NCBI GenBank assembly: GCA_046329875.1
Contig: JAXLTT010000018.1
Span: 933 to 64,932 of the forward strand
Source of the DNA: Bacteroidales bacterium
GTDB taxonomy: Bacteria > Bacteroidota > Bacteroidia > Bacteroidales > VadinHA17
Direction of reading: 5' to 3'
DNA length: 64,000 nt
Every line of letters starts with the position of its first letter. Position 1 is the first letter of the stretch. The position numbers and the translations under genes are program-made. The notes beneath the pieces were generated by a model, which was not told where the DNA came from, did no database searches, and saw only the letters and a program-made list of their open reading frames with translations. Shown in pieces: positions 59,104-64,000 of this stretch.

Positions 59104-59660
59104 GCCCATAACGGCCCGGCGAGGGCTGAGCGTTAATAAACAGCCCTGGCGGGCTGTTTTAGCGAAGAGCCGGTCTGCAGGGGCGTAGTAAGCGTAACCC
59201 GACGCAAGCACCGGGCAGATCCTGGTTCTTCAGGCAGAAATTGTCCCTGTGCAAGCTTGCCTGCCGTCAGGCAGGGAGGGTTTGGCGTGCGTTTTTGCAG
59301 TCATGTTGTGAAGTGTCTTGCCTCTACGTGTATCGCGGTACAATGTTTTTTCGGAGCAGTGAACTTATCCCCATTTACAAAACTTGTTTCAGGCACTGGC
59401 GCAGTGTCGCGATGGAATGAATATTGGAGCCAGCAATTAGTCAAGGAGTAGGATCTTTATAGTGTGTAGCTGCGGGAGTCCGGGTGCAGTATTAATAAGG
59501 GAACATTAAAGCCAACCGTTATTTTGGAAAAGAAAAAAGGCTAAAAGAAAAAAGAAGGTTCGGGCTGCTAAACCGCGTGTGGTTTTTGTACGGCTGGCGT
59601 TTACGTCACCGGGCAAAAACCGTGACAAACAACTTACCTATATTGTCCGTGTTAGCAACA
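59104..59660 (-). repeat. attC-like site j (about 557 bp)
   Basis: Left GCCCATAACGGCCCGGCGAGGGCTGAGCG, right CTATATTGTCCGTGTTAGCAACA. Confidence 0.65.
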
Positions 59661-59680
59661 GGGCATTTTATTAGATTCTA

Positions 59681-60805
59681 TTATTGAAACAAATGAATGT
59701 AATTATCAAAAATGTAAATTCGCCCTCTCTGTCCACCCGTAATCTCCTTAAGAATTCCAAGTTTTTCAAGATCAACAATTAATTTATAGGCTGACGGTAA
59801 TGATATTTTTGCAATTTCACCAACCTTTTCAGCATTAACTGATGGTCTTTGATAAAGATAGTTTGTAACCTTTTGAGCATTAGCAGCCCTACTGCCAAGA
59901 TGCTGAATTTTAAGGTCAATTTGTTTTTGTAATTGCAGAATACTATCAAAAGTGGAAATTCCTTTTTTAGAAGTCTCTATGATTCCAACTAGGAAGAATT
60001 TGAACCATTGACTGATGTCATTTTTAATACGTACATTCATTAAATTCTCGTAATAGAGACGTCTGTGTGTTTCCAAGAAATCTGATAAATATAATATGGG
60101 TTTTTTAAGGATCCCTTTATTAACTAAGTATAAAGTGATCATTAGTCTTCCTACTCTCCCGTTACCGTCTAAAAATGGGTGAATAGTTTCAAAATGATAA
60201 TGAATTAGAGCTATTTTAAGAAGCTCTGGAAAGAAAATTTCCTCATTATGAACAAATTTTTCTAGATCCCCCATTAGTTCAGGTACAGACGTATGAACTG
60301 GTGGAATAAATGTTGCATCATTTATTGTTGCTCCCCCAATCCAGTTCTGACTTCTCCGAAATTCTCCAGGCTGTCTCTTTTCTCCTCTTACTCCTTGCAA
60401 TAGAATCTTGTGTGTATCCCTAATTAATCTTGATGAAAAAGGAAGTTCCTCTAAAGCTTTAATTGCAGATTCCATCGCTTGAATATAGTTCTGAACTTCT
60501 TCCCAATCATCCCTTTTGTCTAATGGAACATCTTCTTTCTCAAGAAGAGCCTCCTCAATATTGGTTTGTGTTCCTTCAATTTTACTACTTTGAGTTGCTT
60601 CTTTTAAAACATGCATACTTATAAACAAATCAATATTTGGGATATAGTTGGAATACATATCCAATCTACCAAGTTCTCGGTCTGCTTTGCTTAATAGTTG
60701 TAAAACCTCCATGTTGTCAATAGTCCATTGCCTATTAATGAGAGATGGTTGAAAGCTCTTATATGAGCCTTGATTTATATAAGATCCAGCATTGAAACTT
60801 TGCAT
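59681..60805 (-). CDS. cassette Fic family protein (AMPylase-type)
   Basis: HPFLDGNGRVGR Fic motif, Fic N-terminal region, C-terminal wHTH-like tail. ATG at 60805 was preferred because TTG at 60826 lies inside the -7 box. Confidence 0.88.
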   Translation of the reverse strand: MQSFNAGSYINQGSYKSFQPSLINRQWTIDNMEVLQLLSKADRELGRLDMYSNYIPNIDLFISMHVLKEATQSSKIEGTQTNIEEALLEKEDVPLDKRDDWEEVQNYIQAMESAIKALEELPFSSRLIRDTHKILLQGVRGEKRQPGEFRRSQNWIGGATINDATFIPPVHTSVPELMGDLEKFVHNEEIFFPELLKIALIHYHFETIHPFLDGNGRVGRLMITLYLVNKGILKKPILYLSDFLETHRRLYYENLMNVRIKNDISQWFKFFLVGIIETSKKGISTFDSILQLQKQIDLKIQHLGSRAANAQKVTNYLYQRPSVNAEKVGEIAKISLPSAYKLIVDLEKLGILKEITGGQRGRIYIFDNYIHLFQ

Positions 60806-60823
60806 GAGCCTGTATATTTTAAA

Positions 60824-60831
60824 CAAATATA
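60824..60831 (-). promoter_or_regulatory. candidate -7 box TATATTTG internal to the Fic cassette
   Basis: TAnnTTTG on the sense strand, about 19 nt upstream of ATG 60805. Confidence 0.4.
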
Positions 60832-60944
60832 TTCCTTATTTAAGAAAAAGCAAAATATATTAAATAAACAACGCGACTATTTAAGCTATTTAAATATTTC
60901 ATAAATAATTATTTGTCTATTTAAGGTAGAATCTAGAATCTCCT

Positions 60945-61280
60945 TGTTGCTAACGGCCCGGCAATATGGGGAGGTTGTGTTGGTTTGAGAATGGAAGCTG
61001 TGACCAGAAAGCTTTCTTTGAGGCAGGGTCCTGGCACACAGCTGGAATGAACAAACCATGGCGCACTTTTTGCGAGTCCGGGTACAAATTGGCTGAGTAA
61101 ACGCGTGCCGAGTTTCAAGGTTGAAAATTGACCACATGCTGTCGGTCATGCAGGTAATAGATCAAAGAAATAAGGAGCGTTCGGGCTGATAAATCACTTG
61201 CAGTTTTTGTTAAGGTGGCCTTTAGGTCCCCGGCAAAAAGTGTGACAAACAACTTACCCATATTGTCCGTGTTAGCAGAA
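60945..61280 (-). repeat. attC-like site k (about 336 bp)
   Basis: Left TGTTGCTAACGGCCCGGCAATATGGG, right CCCATATTGTCCGTGTTAGCAGAA. The right core abuts the stop codon at 61282. Confidence 0.75.
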
Positions 61281-61281
61281 G

Positions 61282-62148
61282 TTATTTTTTCAATTCATAT
61301 AATCCCTTTTTATCATTCCATACTAAATTATTTTGGTTTTCATTCCAGAAATTCAACCACCAATCAGCATTTTTAGTTCCATTAAATTTCAGATCCCCGA
61401 ATAATATTTGCAAGTATGCATAGGTATATGTGTCTGGATTACAGAAATTTGCTGGGGAATCCTTGTCTTTTGGCATTTCTTCTAGGTTATATACTTTCTT
61501 TAAACAGTTTTTTGTAATTCGTTCTTTAATAGGATTGTCTTGCAGAGAAATAATTAAAGCATGGATTGCACTTAAACTAGTGATTTCTGGAATTTTAGAA
61601 TTTTTAAATTCGATTGGTTGAAATTCTTCGACTGATTTGTTTGACAAATAGTCCACCCATTTGTTCTTTAGTACTTCAAGCTCCAATTCATTTGATTGAA
61701 TGGTGACATAACCAAAATTTTTGTTTGTTAAGTTCTGAAGAATTTGATTTGCTCTACCTCCAACTTTGAATAAATCGTTGTCAATTACCAAACCTTTTCC
61801 CTCAAATATTATATCACCACTTACTATTCTATCCCATATAATTAATCTACTAGTCCCCTCTAGCTTTGTCTCTTTTAGGTTAATTATCTGATTTGTAAGT
61901 TCTTTTAAATAGGTACTATCTTTTGAATAGTTATTTATTGAAGCATTCATGGTTAAAAAAACTGCACTCCAACTTTTGTCATTCAAGTTTTTGGATAAAA
62001 GTTCTGAGGGTGTAAGTTTTTGGGCTGCGTCATACATTTCTTTCGTGTAATTCTCTATATTTTGTTGACTCCAAGAAGTCAATAAACGTTGAGAATATGA
62101 ACAAAAGCAAATAGATGTAGTTAAAATAAAAAAGATTAATTTTTTCAT
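61282..62148 (-). CDS. cassette secreted ORFan, 288 aa
   Basis: MKKLIFFILTTSICFCSYSQ signal peptide. The 62277 extension runs through attC l. Confidence 0.6.
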   Translation of the reverse strand: MKKLIFFILTTSICFCSYSQRLLTSWSQQNIENYTKEMYDAAQKLTPSELLSKNLNDKSWSAVFLTMNASINNYSKDSTYLKELTNQIINLKETKLEGTSRLIIWDRIVSGDIIFEGKGLVIDNDLFKVGGRANQILQNLTNKNFGYVTIQSNELELEVLKNKWVDYLSNKSVEEFQPIEFKNSKIPEITSLSAIHALIISLQDNPIKERITKNCLKKVYNLEEMPKDKDSPANFCNPDTYTYAYLQILFGDLKFNGTKNADWWLNFWNENQNNLVWNDKKGLYELKK

Positions 62149-62163
62149 AGACTTAAATTTAAT

Positions 62164-62488
62164 TTCTGCTAACGGCCCGACAATAAAGTAAGTAAGTGTT
62201 GGCTGACGAAGGCATCCGGCAACGCGTCCAGGTGCTTTAGCCGGGAATCTATCCCGGTGACAAGGAAGCCACGGCACGCTTTTTGCAAATCCAGGCGCAA
62301 CTAAATTGAACAGGTTGAGTGTCGCGATACAAACTTTATAAGTGATTAGTTATTTCTCACGATACAGAAAACTGATAAGTGGGCGATGGCGCGGTCCGGG
62401 TTTATCACCAGTTACGAATCCTGATAGACGACTGAGAGTCACGCAAAAAGCGTGACGAGCTTATTTACTTTATTGTCCGTGTTGTGGG
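62164..62488 (-). repeat. attC-like site l (about 325 bp)
   Basis: Left TTCTGCTAACGGCCCGACAATAAAGTAAGTAAG, right CTTATTTACTTTATTGTCCGTGTTGTGGG. Confidence 0.75.
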
Positions 62489-62498
62489 TAGTGCTTTT

Positions 62499-63572
62499 TT
62501 ATAATTCCATATTCATTGCTTTTCTTACTTCTGTTAAAGTTTCAATAGCAACTTCTCTGGCTTGTTTAATACCGTTTCTTAAAATCTCTTTAACAAATGT
62601 TTTATCTTCTTCAAGTTGTTTCCTTCTTATCCTAATTTCCTTGAAATGGGAATTCAAGGCTTCAGAAGTGATTTGTTTTAATTTTCCAGCACCTTGATTT
62701 CCAATTTCTTTCGCAATATTTTCAGGAGATTGATTCAGGCAAAGGCTACAAAGTCTTAATAAATTAGCAACTTCTGGTCTATTAATTGGGTCATATTCGA
62801 TTAATCGTTCAGAATCTGTTTTTGCGGATTTAATTAATTTATTAGTCTCATCTTCGGTAGCCTTTATCATAATGCTATTATTTCGACTTTTGCTCATTTT
62901 CTGAGTGCCATCCAATCCTAAAATCACAGGGACTTCACTAAGTAATCCAATAGGTTCTCTAAAAACATTTGATTTGAATTTTTTATTAAATCGTTTTGCA
63001 ATTGTCCTTGTCATTTCTATATGAGGTAATTGGTCTTTACCAACAGGAACCACATTACTTTTACAAAACAATATATCAGCGGCTTGATGAACAGGATAAG
63101 TGTACATTCCTGCATTAATAATGTTTTGACATGACGCTGCTATTTCTTCTTTTATGGTTGGGTTTCTGCTAAGTTCTGCATTAGAAACCAAAGATAAAAA
63201 CGGAATCGTTAATTGATTCAGTTCAGGAATGTGACTATGAGGAAAAATAAATGTTTTGTTTTTTGAAGGGTCTAACCCACATGCTAAATAATCAATCGTA
63301 AGTTCAACCACATACTTTGAAATATCTGCAAAAACATCTCTATCAGTTAATACTTGATAATCCGCAATCAAGATATACGTTTCAACGCCAAGTTCTTGCA
63401 ACCGAACTCGATTCTGTAAAGAACCAAAATAATGTCCAATATGTAAATTCCCTGTTGGTCTATCTCCTGTAAGTACTCTGTGTTTATGTGGGTTTATTTT
63501 TAAATCTTTTTCTAACTCATCGCTTCTTTTAATTGAAATTTCATACGATGAATAATTAACGTCATCCTTCAT
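62499..63572 (-). CDS. trpS: cassette-borne tryptophan--tRNA ligase
   Basis: HIGH motif (TGNLHIGHY) and KMSKS motif; GDRPTG-type N-terminus; 357 aa. Confidence 0.88.
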   Translation of the reverse strand: MKDDVNYSSYEISIKRSDELEKDLKINPHKHRVLTGDRPTGNLHIGHYFGSLQNRVRLQELGVETYILIADYQVLTDRDVFADISKYVVELTIDYLACGLDPSKNKTFIFPHSHIPELNQLTIPFLSLVSNAELSRNPTIKEEIAASCQNIINAGMYTYPVHQAADILFCKSNVVPVGKDQLPHIEMTRTIAKRFNKKFKSNVFREPIGLLSEVPVILGLDGTQKMSKSRNNSIMIKATEDETNKLIKSAKTDSERLIEYDPINRPEVANLLRLCSLCLNQSPENIAKEIGNQGAGKLKQITSEALNSHFKEIRIRRKQLEEDKTFVKEILRNGIKQAREVAIETLTEVRKAMNMEL

Positions 63573-63593
63573 TATATCTGTTTTAATTTTTCA

Positions 63594-63601
63594 CAAAAGT
63601 A
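63594..63601 (-). promoter_or_regulatory. candidate -7 box TACTTTTG inside the trpS cassette
   Basis: TAnnTTTG on the sense strand, 22 nt upstream of ATG 63572. Confidence 0.4.
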
Positions 63602-63700
63602 AAATTTTAATTTGCACGAGCAGCAGATTCTTGCATTCTGTATAACGGCAAAATCGTTATCTTGATAATTTAACGGAAATCTCTCAGTAACAGAGGATTA

Positions 63701-64000
63701 CCCACAACGGCTCGGCAATAAAGTAAGTAAGTGTTGGCTGACGCAGGCATCCGGCAACGCGTCCAGGTACCCGCCGGTAGGCGGGCCGGGAAACTATTCT
63801 GTATAACGGCAAAATCGTTATCTTGATAATTTAACGGAAATCTCTCAGTAACAGAGGATTACCCACAACGGCCCCGCGGTATGTGCAGTTGACGGCAGCA
63901 TCGGGGTGGCGTGTTTTTTGCCAGGGCGTATAGAAAGTAGAAATGTTTATCGTTTTGAAAATCTTAATTGTTTTGCAAAAAACATGACACCATTTGGGCT
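63701..64000 (-). repeat. attC-like site(s) m (left half duplicated; right end beyond window)
   Basis: CCCACAACGGC occurs at 63701 and 63862. The segment 63635-63711 is repeated at 63796-63872. Confidence 0.6.

Larger units (their letters stand above)
50515..64000 (-). mobile_element. integron-type gene-cassette array (at least 12 cassettes; no integrase in window; continues past 64000)
   Basis: 13 attC-like inverted-repeat sites separate co-oriented AT-rich ORFs. Each cassette's 5' boundary is complementary to its own 3' R''-like core (see findings). Confidence 0.75.

Noticed and set aside
56375-59660. Group II (IIC-attC type) intron or its remnant inside the long attC-like sites
   Set aside because: On either strand I found no GUGYG 5' end, no recognisable domain V (about 34-nt hairpin with AGC...GNRA) and no RT/maturase ORF. 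The shared module is only about 225 nt.
50515-64000. Alternative explanation of the 50.5-64 kb region as a prophage, ICE or transposon island
   Set aside because: I saw no phage structural genes, conjugation genes, transposase or integrase genes, and no terminal inverted or direct repeats bounding the whole region. The per-gene inverted-repeat junctions with chimeric half-sites fit cassettes rather than a single island.

Overview
This 64 kb chromosomal window looks Bacteroidota-like: TAnnTTTG -7 boxes, no obvious Shine-Dalgarno sites, a DUF2723 glycosyltransferase and a split F-ATPase operon.

Positions 1-50.5 kb are mostly core genes:
- yceD-rpmF-plsX-fabH, then bactofilin-atpZ-like-atpBEFHAG, a polyprenyl synthase, and atpDC followed by a PLP decarboxylase.
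- ettA, an SPFH protein, an ECF sigma/anti-sigma/adhesin-like triad, an MFS transporter, a cysteine synthase, an M14 peptidase and others.
- Interspersed accessory items: a secreted WD40-caspase protein followed by two paralogous barrel-like proteins; a TIR-TM-TPR gene flanked by a 54-bp direct repeat; and a DUF559 endonuclease ORF bracketed by inverted GC-rich hairpins next to a 78-bp tandem array of the same hairpin.

Positions 50.5-64 kb differ sharply. Twelve AT-rich minus-strand ORFs are each separated by a GC-rich inverted-repeat site (left end ..AACGGCCCGGC, right end ..CCGTGTTAGC). For nearly every unit, the bases beyond the AAC at its 5' boundary are the reverse complement of the bases beyond the GTT at its own 3' site, not of the adjacent half-site. 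That is the signature of integron gene cassettes with attC sites.

I therefore call an integron-type cassette array that runs off the right edge; no integrase is in the window. Cassettes encode a TrpRS, a Fic protein, an LRR lipoprotein, a MORN/YwqK-like protein, a DUF4259 protein and seven ORFans. The attC-like sites are unusually long and modular (about 51-557 bp) with covarying stems.

I recognised no rRNA, tRNA or CRISPR. All homology calls rest on motif recognition by eye, not on searches.
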